Positions 26,799 to 38,590 of a stretch of DNA of 64,000 nt are shown here, piece by piece. The notes beneath the pieces were generated by a model. That model was not told where the DNA came from, ran no database searches, and saw only the letters and a program-made list of their open reading frames with translations. Positions within the stretch are counted from its first letter, which is position 1; each line of letters opens with the position of its first letter. The DNA comes from Podarcis vaucheri (lineage: Eukaryota). Made by a program: the position numbers and the translations under genes. The stretch lies in the NCBI GenBank assembly GCA_965113315.1, contig OZ220373.1, one strand, 5' to 3'.

Positions 26799-29700
26799 TA
26801 CAGTATATGGCACAGGACAACTGCAGTATGGGACATTTGGTTTTGCATTTGCATTTAACTTTGTTTTTAATGTAAGGAAGTTTTTACAGTCCTATTCCCT
26901 CCATCCTATCTACCCAATCAGATACCAGTCAGATTGTTTCATATCTTAATAACTTAAGCTGTCATTTTAAAAGGAACAAAACAAAGCAGACGCAGTATAT
27001 GGCTGTTATGAAAGTGTGTGGGTGGAAGCCTGCAAATGCTTCAGCTGTGGTGAATTCTGACAGCAAAGATGTTATAGGGATCCTTAATTGCATCATTCCT
27101 TAACTGTATCATTCTATTTCCATTGTTAGATTCTTGAAACAGTGTTGGGGATGAGAAGGTTTTTGCAATTTAATTGAACCAAAATTAAATGTTGGGATTT
27201 CACACAGCACCAGGTCAGATATAATTTTTCTCATGAGAATGGTATGGTTGAACTCAGATACTGTCACCTGTGTGAACCCTAACTCATTGTTACCTGATAC
27301 ATTTCAGTTCGATAAATTCTCAGTAAAAGGAAACAACGTTTGAATGAAGATTCAATTTATTTTGGACATAATGTTAAGAGATGGCTTTACTTGTGCCTTG
27401 TGTGTTTCAACCAACATCAGTATATCACATCTTTTGTTATTGTGACATCCTTGTTGTACCCCTGCTTTACACTTCATTAGCATTTGTTGCTTGTCTATAT
27501 TTAGTAATCTTATTTGCAGTCACATATGTTTCTTTCCTGGCACATTTCGGACTGTTCTTGGCAGCTCTAATTAAAGTTTGATTTTTCTTACATAATACTA
27601 TTTTAAATGTTTGATTTAAGAGGGGAAATGAAATAAATGTTGTAATTGGGGAAGACATCACGCCTTTCCATATATAACTTATTGCAAACATTTATGAACA
27701 AAGAGAATACATAAGACAGAGCCTATGCATAAAACACAATAGTTTTATTGGGTCACTGGGAAGCTGAATCCATGTTTTCCTTGGTGATGGGCAAGTTTCC
27801 AGGAACTGGCTTTTGTTGATTGGATTTCACTGGTTTGTTTATTTAGGACTCATAAGTGTTTGCCCACACTACACCCTAAAAATAATGGCAAATTATAAAG
27901 CCAAAGTGTGGTGTTTACATGGTATAGAAATAATTGAGAGATCCAAAGAAAAAGACTCTTACCAGTATCAAGATGTAAAAGTAACTGAGCTTTCAAAACT
28001 GTTTCTGTTTAGGAGAATGATAGGGTGACATATAAATATATTGCCTTGGAATATAAATGCAAGGGCAGGTCCTCAAAATAAACAGTAAGTTTTTGCGGAA
28101 AGTTTTCCCCAAACTGTAGCACTGGGGAACAGCCTTTTGGACCCTTGGCAATCATGCTGTGGATGTTGCAGGGCTATCAATTATCTCCGGTACTATTTAA
28201 TAGCTGTATGAAGCCACTGGGATAGATCATTAGGTGATTTCTGGCTTGATGTCATTGACACACTGATGACACACAGCTCTCTTTTTCTGTAACGTCTGAG
28301 TCAGAAACTATTTGGATGGTTGGTTCTCACATCTGGGAGCTGGTCAGTTACATGTTCTGGATTGGGTTGCTTTTACTCTTAACAGAACAGGCTTGCAGCT
28401 TGTGAGTGCTTCTAGATTCAGCTTTGTTGCTGGGGGACCAAGTGTCTGCATCTTCTGCCAGCTTTAGCTGGTATATCAGCTCTGGACTTTCCAGGAAAAG
28501 GATAACTTGGCCACAGTGGTGCATGTCTTAGTAATAAACATCAGATTGCTGTGTTGGGGATGTTTCTTTCCAGAAACTACAGCCAGTGCTAAATGCAGCA
28601 GTTGGTTCCTTTGCATGATGACCTTTTGTCAGAGTATATCACTATTGCTGAAAGAGTTGGCCTTTTCTATACACTATTGGGCTAGGTTTAATGCTTACTT
28701 ATTGTTTATAAACCATGAAAAACTTAGGACCATGTTATCTTTAAGATCTCTTGCTCCCCATGCTACCACCCAGTCTTTATGTTCAGGGATGAGGTTGGTC
28801 TATACATTTATTCCATAAATAAATACATTTATTAATTACAAATAATCTTCCATGTTTTGTCTTTTCCTGTTAGTTCACTATAAAGCAGAGATATAAAAGA
28901 ATATACACCCAAGCTAAATTGTTTGATACCATCTAGATGTTCAGACAATAAAATTCTTAAATCTCACTCTGTAGCCCAACTTGGAAATCATAATAGATCA
29001 TATAATCTTATAGTAACATATTCTTGTTCTGCTATAAGTGTCTAATCTGGTTTATATCAAGATATAGAATGGCCTGATAAGGTTCTTTAATATCAAGATG
29101 AAAGTATTCTTTCTTAATAGGTACGTTTGTGGATACTCCAGACAGCCAGCTGTCCCCACCATAAAAATGATAAGATTTGAGCATAATTGGTAATATCAGT
29201 AGAGGCAGTGAATTGAATATGATAGTATTATTGTATGCTGTTGATATTTTCTGAAGCATCCGAAGAATTTTACCAATGAACAGCCTAGAAATATACTAAA
29301 TAAATTGAATGGGCTGAGAAACAGTGAACTGTTAAAACCCTCTTTGTGACAATAAATGTTCCTAGGCTATTAATTATTAACCATTTAGCTTCCTTTTGTT
29401 AAAATGGCCTTAATAAATATTTTAGAATAAATAACTTTAGCTTTGGACTGTTTTGGCCACCTCCTAAGAGCAGAAGCTGGATGTCATTTAATGGATCCAT
29501 AGAAAGTATAAGAATATGATATCGACTCAAGGAGGTATGTGGTGGAAATACTGTTGAAAACTGTCTATTCATAAAGGCATCAATGTATAAAATTGGCTGG
29601 TTGCCTAATTCTGTCAAGTGCACCCTGTCACATAGTAAATTGGCTTATATAGCAGCTAATCATATAACACCATATATTTTACTAGTCACATATTCAGCTG

Positions 29701-31032
29701 AAGTCTATATCAAGCAGTACTCCAGATTATGTAACAGGATATTTAAAAATCCAAGGAAATGTATCATTCTCACTGAAATGTCATGTTGACATAATACAAA
29801 ATGACAACACAAAAAAATTGTACAGGAGCAGCATAAGCCATAGTCTTCTAGAAACCCTTCTAATAATGTTACAAACAAAGATAGGTTAAATTTATGATGG
29901 GATATGAGGAAAGCTTTTTAAAAAGTTTGTTTCCTTTGTTTATGCATATAACCCATTCCATAGACCTCTTCTTTGCAATCAACCCCCCCTTTCCTGTCCA
30001 AAAGTGGAAATGTGTTAATGTGCAAAGCAGGTACTTGGTGGCAGATTTAAGTGCTCATAAGATGTTTCAGGATTATTTCCACATCATTAAAATTTGACTG
30101 CACTAATTTTTCATATGTTTCTCACTTGGGCCTTATCTAGCTTGAAAGGTAACATTTGAATCAAAGGGCAGTTCCCTAACTGTTTAGATTTGCATATGTG
30201 CTGTGATGCTAGGTCTTTTGCTGTGAAATAATTAAGGTTAATTCTGTCAGTGTGACAAGATGCGTGACTTTGGGGAGGTAGAACTCTCAGTGTTCGTCAG
30301 TACAAAAATTAATCAATAGTACGCTAGTAATTTATATTTAATGGACCAGTGCAGCATTTTGATGAAATTGTAAATGTAAACTTTCAATAAGATGCATTAA
30401 TAGAGGGTACAATGAAAAGTAGCTTGTGGGATTTTAAAAGCATGTTACAGAAGTTTAGTTATTTGCTGACAAATTGTGTTTTGTTCCATTTTAAGAATAT
30501 ATAGTGGAATGCAAATTTTTGTACTGCATGTCATTTTCTCCTCTGCTAATAGAGCAATCTCAGCAATGCCTTTGGAGCTCTCTCTTCAATTCTCCCTCTA
30601 ATCGGTTTGTCTTTTTGCTGCATTTTTTGTTTTCTTTTTTAAAACCCATCTTCAAAAATCAAAACATGCCAACCTACTTTGCTGAATACTTAAAGATGAG
30701 CAAACAAGCGAGAAGTGGGGGGTGCACAGTCAAACTCTGCTCTCTCCAGCACATCACCTGTACAGTGTACACTCTTTAGAGCCCTTCATGAGTTTCATGA
30801 TGGAGCACTGAGTGGGGAGTGCCCTCTTCTTGTGTGGCCGTTCCCTGCGCAATTTAGAACCCTGCACAGCCAGGATTTTAAATCAGGCATGGAGTCTCCG
30901 TGGAATCAGATAGAAGTTGCTCCCCACTGCAAACTTTGCCCTCAAACTCACAGAGGGTTCTAAACTATGAAGAAATGTCCAAATAGGCTTATGTGAGGTA
31001 CCTGTGAGAAATATGAAATGAGCTTGTATAAT

Positions 31033-31286
31033 GAGAGTCAGTGTGGTGTAGTGGTTAAGAGCGGTAGATTCGTAATCTGTGGAACCGGGTTCGCTTCCCC
31101 GCTCCTCCACATGCAGCTGCTGGGTGACCTTGGGCCAGTCACACTTCTCTGAAGTCTCTCAGCCCCACTCACCTCACAGTGTGTTTGTTGTGGGGGAGGA
31201 AGGGAAAGGAGAATGTTAGCCGCTTTGAGACTCCTTTGGGTAGTGATAAAGCGGGATATCAAATCCAAACTCTTCTTCTTCTTCTT
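31033..31286 (+). mobile_element. tRNA/CORE-type SINE (Squam3-like) with (CTT)n tail
   Basis: A-box TGGTGTAGTGG, B-box GGTTCGCTTCC, CORE-like GGGTGACCTTGGGCCAGTCAC, L2-like end GCCGCTTTGAG...AAAGCGGGATAT, and a (CTT)n tail. Confidence 0.85.
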
Positions 31287-31787
31287 AAAATAAGGCGATT
31301 GTTGCCTGAAAGCTGACACAGCATTGCAACTTAGAGACTGTTATGAATCACAATATCTTTGGAAACTATACAGCAAAATGTAAACCTATAATTGTGGATG
31401 CTGTAGATGATGTGCTCCATGGCATGTGTTGACAATTGCAGAGGAGAAGGGGAGCTATGTATGCAAGGCTTAATACCTCTTTAGGGACAGATTTTTCCGT
31501 ATTTGCAAATAAAGGATTAACGTACAGTAAATATTGAAAGCCTAGAGATGAAAACTGCTAAGGAACTGACCGCTGTAATTAAAATCATGCTTCTTTGGGA
31601 TAACTTGTCCTAGTCTTGCGATTCGGCATGGAATTATTGTTTTGGTTTGCTTGATTTCTCCAGCATGAAATCAAGACAAAAGATACAGAAAGAAGAATAA
31701 ATATTAGAATTCGCTAGGGAAATATGTACAGTTGATGCCAGGAACAAGCAATTTGGGTCTCTTTCCCACCTCCCAAAGTAAACTACA

Positions 31788-32425
31788 TAAACACTGATTC
31801 ACCATTTCCAACAGGTGGTTGTTTTCCAAGGCAGCCGCCACTCTCTCTTTGTCAGTCAGTTGCTTGTTTACTGCATGCTCTGAGGCATGTGTTCCAGGGG
31901 TTATGTGGACATCCACCTTAAACCTTTTAGGGGGGGGGGAATCTGATCAGCTTCACTTTGATCGAAAGGCCAATTAGCACTGCCATGCTGCAGTAAGAAA
32001 TGGTGAGAGTGAATTCCACTGAAACAGTGCTCTCAGCATCATTTAACTCAGGGGTCAGCAACCTTTTTCAGCTGTGTGCCGGTCCACCATCCCTCAAACC
32101 ATGTGGTGGGCCGGACTATATTTTTTGGGGGGAAATGAACGAACTCCTAGGCCCCACAAACAACCCAGAGATGCATCTTAAATAAAAGCACACATTCTAC
32201 TATGTAAAAACACCAGACAGGCCACACAAATAACCCAGAGATTCATTTTAAATAAAAGGACACATTCTACTCATGTAAAAACAGGCTGATTCCCGGACCG
32301 TCCGTGGGCCGGATTGAGAAGGTGATTGGGCCGGATCTGGCCCCGGGGTCTTAGGTTACCTACCCCTGATTGAACTTGACTCGAACTTGTTCTGCAACTT
32401 GGGCCGTTGATGCAATGAATGGGAA
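31788..32425 (-). pseudogene. CIAO2B: CIAO2B (FAM96B/MIP18) retro-pseudogene, antisense in a MAST4 intron, interrupted by a hAT MITE
   Basis: Minus strand reads IHCINGP//VAEQVRVK-[MITE][34 protein letters not shown](poly-C frameshift)[47 protein letters not shown]. Human CIAO2B reads IRSINDP...[93 protein letters not shown]. No introns between these segments. Disabled by a deletion, the MITE insertion and a G10-run frameshift at 31930-31939. Confidence 0.92.
32049..32368. mobile_element. hAT MITE inserted into the CIAO2B pseudogene
   Basis: TIRs CAGGGGTCAGCAACCT / AGGTTACCTACCCCTG. 8-bp TSD ATTTAACT / ATTGAACT. Internal ~60-bp duplication. Confidence 0.88.
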
Positions 32426-33717
32426 TAAGAAAGTGAAGGAAAAACACTCTACCAGCCAAGCACAGCCAGGCACAAAGCCACAGGCCCTTGGCTGTTTGAA
32501 GGGTCCTTGGGAGGCCATCTATTCCCACCTGCCTGTTCAGTGCAAGATTTTGCAGCTTCAGCCTCCCTGCCACGAAGACCACCCAGCTGCCGAGGGTCCA
32601 CGGTGAGAGTATCAGGCTGAGGAAAAAGTCCCCACAGAGCCCCAAAAGTCACCAGGAAGGGTGGGATGGCTGCATTGTGAAAACAGTATGCACTCTTGTT
32701 AATAAATATATAAAGTAATAATAAGTTGGATCATCGAAACTTTGCAGTGTACAGAATAATATAGCCATTGCCTGCCTTCATCTGTTCTACCTTCTTAGCT
32801 CATGAAGTTTTTACATTTCAATAAATATTGATTCAGCCAACTAGATGTTAACTAAATGATAACCAGAGACCTGAAAACCCTGCCATGCTATAAATTCTCT
32901 TGGGGGTAATGCTTGTGTCATACGGTGTTTCTGCTCAGTTGAGATCTAAATGTGAAGCACATAGCTGTTGAATAAAATTTAATATATATTTCTATATTAC
33001 TGTTGCAGTATTTTGCACCATTCTTTGCTTTATTTCTGATATTTTCATGTGTGCTTTATAAATATTTTAAGATTTGTTTAAGACTGCAGATTGGGAATCT
33101 TGGGCTATTACTATTATTTTAATTGCAACTAATCTTAGTGGTATATAGGCACAGAGAACCCAGCCACCTTGAAAGTATGGCAGGCCCCACCAGGGTCAAA
33201 CTACGTTTCATGAGCACATGGCACTTCTAAAATAACCCTGTTCAGAATATTACCCTCGTGTGTGAGACAAGTGAGTAAGCTTTTTAAAAGCCAGGGATGT
33301 AGGCCATAAGGCAAAGAGGCAGTATAGCTTGGCAGGCAAGCAGAGGACAGATGAGGAAGCAACTGGGAAATAAAGAGACTGAAGGGACTTGGGGATCCTC
33401 ATAGAGGAAAAGTCCAGTAGGAACTTTCAAGGGTGATGGAAAGGATGTCTCTCTCTCTCCCTCACCCCCAAAGGGATCCCAGAAAAAGAAGAAATGCCCT
33501 CTGGCAGGCCCATACAGGGGTGGGGAGCAGCTGGGTATACTTTTCCTGGGCATTGGAAGGCAAAGCTGGGGGAGGGGGTGCCAGGGGCCTGGTGGACTTG
33601 CACTGTCATGCTAAGAATGTCCCGGGACAACTGGGGACTTAATGGGCGAAATGGCCGTGCCTGTCCATCTGCATTGCAAGGCTTCAGTAGTAAAATCTGG
33701 ACCTGTGTTACTGCGTA

Positions 33718-33878
33718 CAGTCATACTTTGGGTTACAGACGCCTCAGGTTGCATTTTTTCGGGTTGCGGATGCGCCGAAACCCGGAAGTACCGGAAGTAC
33801 ACTTTGCGCATGCGCAGACGCTGCGGGTTGCAAACGTTCCTCCCGCATGGATCACATTCACAACCCGAGCGTCCACTG
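33718..33878. mobile_element. Tc1/mariner-type MITE, CpG-rich
   Basis: TA-CAG...CTG-TA ends and imperfect TIRs (CAGTCATACTTTGGGTT / AACCCGAGCGTCCACTG). Shares GGTTACAGACGC(C/T)TCAGGTT with the 26577 MITE. Confidence 0.75.
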
Positions 33879-35193
33879 TACTAGCATGTAGCGTTAGGTC
33901 AGATTAGGTGCTGCGTCTCATGGACAAGACTCTTGCCCCAGGCCTAAGACAAGCCCTGCGTGGGCCTGCCCTCTGGGCTCTGCCCTGTTAGCTTCATGGG
34001 CTGAATCAGTTTAACATGCACATTTCAGCTCCCAACCTGTGTTCCCAATTATCAGCATGGTCAGTTATTTCTTTTGAAACAAACTTCCACTTAATACGTC
34101 ACAAAAATAGCCATTAATGCTTTTCTCCTCAATATATGAAATGCACCCTGCAGATACAAAGATACAGGTTTCTTCACACATTTTTGGATATCGCCCTGGA
34201 ACTGAAAACCAAGGTCTGGCATAAATTTAAGCTGTTAAAAAAAAAAAAAAGCTCAGTTTTTGCCCTTAAAGACAGAGGCGAGGCAAAATATTTGTGTACT
34301 GTGAAATTAAGTTTGCTGAAAGTAGCAACGTAGTTATGAAACCAACCATGCTTTGTAAATCCTTGCGTAACAAGAATATGGTACTAAACATTCATGCCCC
34401 ATTGGAGTTAAATTTTAACATTTATGTGTTTTTTCATCTTGTGTATATTTGCATTACATGGATAATAAACTAAAAATACGATGCAGACTAAGGCAGGGCT
34501 CAGGAACAATTTACTGTGCTGATAGTCTGACTTCCTATATAATTTTATTTCATTGTGCATGTGTGTAAGGCATGGAAAAGGAAGATTTAACCCTTCTCTC
34601 ACAGTCAGGAGCTTGATGACAAATAGCAGAGCCAGTCCTAAACCAAATTGTACCCAGGGAAAGTATGTCTTCACCTCTCTCCAATTTAAACTTTAGAATT
34701 ATATATATTGTTTGTGTTTGTAAAACAGGCTATCAAAATGTGGTTTGCTCTTCCGATGTTTATCTAGCTTTAGTTAGACCAAAGCAAAGTTCCTAGAGTT
34801 TTGGTGTAGGAGGAAATTGTGCTTTAAGAAAAAGTGAAACCAGAATGTTTCAATCTCCTTGCATATGGAGAGGGCAAAGGGAAGCACATGATTTTGAGGT
34901 ACACCAAGGTGTGTTTTCATAACAAGTAACCATAGGTTTGATCTAAGCAAATGGCTTTAACTAGTAGTACTTAAGCTAGTATTTTATAACTAGTAATAGC
35001 TTTAACAGCTATTGGCTTCAAGATTGTTTTATAGATGAAAAGCCTTTTTGTCTGAAGTTAATAAGGATGCTGAAGTAAAATAGTTTTAAAAGGTGCAAAC
35101 ATGTTGGCATAATTTTTGCCAATAGATTTATAGAGGCTTTGTTCCAAAAAAATTGCTGCGTCCTTTGTCACTCTCATAGCCTATGTTGAACAG

Positions 35194-35495
35194 ATGATCT
35201 GAAGGAGTGTCTCCACCCCCATCGTTCTACCCGGACACTGAGGTCCAGTGCTGAGGGCCTTCTGGCGGTTCCCTCACTGCGAGAAGCCAAGTTACAGAGA
35301 ACCAGGCAGAGGGCCTTCTCGGTAGTGGCACCTGCCCTATGGAATGCCCTCCCACCAGATGTCAAAGACAACAACAACTACCAGACTTTTAGAGGACATC
35401 TGAAGGCAGCCCTGTTTAGGGAAGCTTTTAATGTTTGATGCGTCACTGTATTTTAATATTGTGTTGGAAGCCACCCAGAGTGGTGGGGTATAAAT

Positions 35496-35533
<38 letters not shown>
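35194..35533 (+). mobile_element. L2 LINE 3' end with (ATC)n tail
   Basis: Translates LKECLHPHRSTRTLRSSAEGLLAVPSLREAKLQRTRQRAFSVVAPALWNALPPDVK...FRGHLKAALFREAF, the L2 ORF2 C-terminus. Confidence 0.88.
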
Positions 35534-35534
<1 letters not shown>

Positions 35535-37198
35535 TGCACCTTAGGCTGCTGTACCATAAACAGAGTTGGCACTCTGGAATCTGTGCTTAGCAAAGCAAAT
35601 AAATCTGAAGTCAACTTTCACATCATGTTGAATATAATGTAAACTTATCTAGTGTAAACAAAGTGGACACATACCATATCTTGCCAGAGGTAGCCTACCT
35701 CTGTGAGATGATGTTTAGCTGTACATTTTTAATAGTAAAAAAGCATGAAGCCTCCATCCTCTACTCATTCATCCTTGCCTGTATCACTTTATATTGTGTT
35801 CCTACATGACATTTGGAATTTAAAATTGGTTTAGAAAGCACTTCATTTGTTGTGCTTTCCAAATACAAAGACCCATACTCTTTTAAAGCTTTATCTTCTG
35901 CTCAACCAGCAAGCACATTACAATGACAACAAAATTAAGGGATATATTACAATAGTCAGTGTATACTGTTAAAGGTTCTGCCATAATAGTTTACAGCCCA
36001 TATATCCATCTTCATTACAAGTGTAAATATTAATAATTAAGGATGTTAAAATGAAATTATTATAAATGATTAAAACAGATGTCAGATTTCAAGTGAAAAG
36101 CGTGATAAAAAGCAATTGCTGCCAGCACATTCCTTTCACCCAGCTCTTTTTAGCAATTAACCTTTATTGCCAGTAATTTACCCATGTATTCATAGTAAAC
36201 GACTCTCTCTGAAGAAGAAACATTAATGGTAGCATACCTAACAGGGCCATTATCTGTGCTGCTGATTGCCTTATCTTGAAAGCTGCACTTAGTAGCACCA
36301 CATTGCAGCGTGATTGTATGTAAATATTGATTTATGGGTCCTTATGTGTTTGATCTGCTCCCTTGGTATATTCACGTAATATGAGGGGTTTGACAGAAGG
36401 CTGTTGGTGGTTTGAGTTGTGATGACCTCTTACCCAATGTGCAACCCCCCCCCAGCTAGTTGAGCCTTCCCTATAGCCACTAAATGATGATCAAAGTGAT
36501 TGTAGCCCATGTTTGAAACAGTGTGAAATGGGGAGGGCATAAGAATTGCTAGTGGTTTCTTAGTAACAATATTCAGTTTCAAATGTGACCTTTCTCACCA
36601 GCGCTAAGTTGATTTTAACAGTTAATAGGCAATTAAATTGGGGGGCATGTCTTTTTACATGTAGAAACAGACATGCCATACTTTTCTTTTTAATAGACAC
36701 CTGACATTTAAATATAAGCTGTTCTGAATATAGCAGTGTTTTAAAGCAAAACGATAATGTGATAAATGGTCCTCATTTAGCAGAACTGGAAAACAAAAAC
36801 AAAAAACCTGTGGTTTGAACATTTAAAATTGGATCCCCAAGTGGTGAGTGGTGAAAGTAGTTTACAGGAAATATATGTGAAGGTATATGTTTGCCTAGGA
36901 GTACTGAGTAGGCTATGGTTCCTTAACAAGAGTACTCAAATACTTTGGTTTCTTTAAGGAGCTAGAAACTTTTGAAAGGCATTTGAAGTTCTGACACCAC
37001 TGCTGTAGAACACTCATGTTCAGAGCCCTATCTACCACTTGTTTTCGGAGCAGATAAACTCCTACTTCAGTTTGGTTTTTATTTGTGTTATTTGGGAGAT
37101 GGCTTCTCTCATTGAAATCATATTATTGGCCTTCAGGGATGGATTTCGCTTACATGGGGTTGTAACTCCACAACTATGCCACCGCAAAAACAGATTGA

Positions 37199-37320
37199 GT
37201 GGTATCCAACTAAGTCATGCTCTTTGTAGGTCCATTGAAATTAATTGATTTAGAATGAATTTATTGTAAGTCTGTTTACTTCAACGGGTTTACTCTGAGT
37301 ATGACTTAGCTGGATACCAC
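37199..37320. mobile_element. Foldback MITE (Harbinger/Chompy-like)
   Basis: 24-bp TIRs GTGGTATCCAACTAAGTCATGCTC / GAGTATGACTTAGCTGGATACCAC with an internal CCATTGAAAT motif. Confidence 0.65.
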
Positions 37321-37467
37321 CCTTCTGCAGGAACTTGATCAGTGTTTTATTTCCTTGCCTATAGAAGTGTGAGCTATTTGTATTTTTGTTGCTTGTGTGC
37401 ACGCATGTATGTGTTTGAAGACTTACAGTGTGAATTCAATGTATGCATTTACCCTTCCTTAGTTTAA

Positions 37468-37698
37468 GCAGACCATAGCTCACTGGCAGAGCATATACTT
37501 TCATTTCAGAATGTCCCAGGTATAGTTCCCAATATCTTCAGTTAAAAAGAATCAGGTAGCAGATGATGGGAAAGAACTGTGCCTGATACCCCAGAGAGTC
37601 ACTGTCAGTCAGAGTACTAGGCTAGATTGACAAATAGTATGACCTGGTATAAGGCAGTTTCCTATAGTATGACCTGGTATAAGGCAGTTTCCTATGTT
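37468..37698 (+). mobile_element. tRNA-derived SINE with CR1-like tail
   Basis: Head ATAGCTCACTGGCAGAGCA, tail GGTATAAGGCAGTTTCCTATGTT. An antisense relative lies at ~50830-51020. Confidence 0.65.
37634..37693. repeat. Perfect 30-bp tandem duplication
   Basis: ATAGTATGACCTGGTATAAGGCAGTTTCCT x2. Confidence 0.95.
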
Positions 37699-38501
37699 TA
37701 TTCTGAAGATGTAATGGAATAATTTGTATTCCAAATGTTAACATATTTGATGCACACATTTTTGCTCATTCACAATTTCATTATCTTAGGGGAAATAATT
37801 TACATGTGTGTTTCAAGGTGGAAGATGATATTCTTAGGTGTATTTGATTATAATTACAAGAGTATGAATTCACTTAAAGCTGCAGAGGTCCTGCTTTTTA
37901 GTAGATGTATGCATTTGCCATTCATGTCATCATTATCTGTAATGGAGAAAAATAGTGATTTGCAGTGCTTGAGATGAAAAATGTATGAGTGAAAGAACAC
38001 ATTTATCTTTGTAGGATGTGCCTGGTCTATTTACAAAAAGACGCAGATGTGAAATTTGCTTCAATAATTAGATTTTTAATTAGTATATCATAAGATAGAT
38101 AGATTATTGCCCTGGATGGAATTAGGAAATCCATGTATCAAATGGTGGTTCTAAATGGTCATCTTTTTTTCTGACATTTTTATGTATTATAAATAAGACT
38201 GTTGTTCTGTATCAGATAAAATGTCAGTGTTAATAGTGTAATGTCATAGTGGCAGGTGGATTTCTTTGGGGATAATATCTGCATTAAAATTGTGGTTATA
38301 ATTAACCTTAATGCATTTTCTCCTGCTGATATATGGGATATAACTCATTTAACATTCAGTGTGTGGTCTAATTCTAGGGTTTCTCCCCTCCCCTGAATTC
38401 AGAATGCCTATCATAAGATAGTAATTCTGAGTTAAATAGAGGGTTGGGATGCTACATATTTGAAACATTTGTGCTTTAAGTATTCTCTTCTCTTCCTACA
38501 G

Positions 38502-38590
38502 TTGCCGGACGAGTAACAGAAAAAGTTTGATATGCAATGGGCAGTCCCCAGCTATGCCCCGGCCCCATTCGCCACTTTCAGCTCATGCAG
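38502..38590 (+). CDS. MAST4: MAST4 shared internal exon ([30 protein letters not shown])
   Basis: Polypyrimidine tract + CAG acceptor, G|GTAAAT donor, 89 nt, phase 2 to 1. Near-identical to MAST4 [30 protein letters not shown]. Confidence 0.96.

Noticed and set aside
28800-29900. Possible ancient L1/Tx1 LINE remnant on the minus strand (SRWYQT-like motif)
   Set aside because: Too degenerate to support without a profile search.
31704-31916. Minus ORF '[19 protein letters not shown]...' as a functional CIAO2B gene
   Set aside because: Starts at GTG after a frameshift. The upstream part is disrupted by a deletion and a MITE, and exon 1 is absent, so it is a pseudogene.
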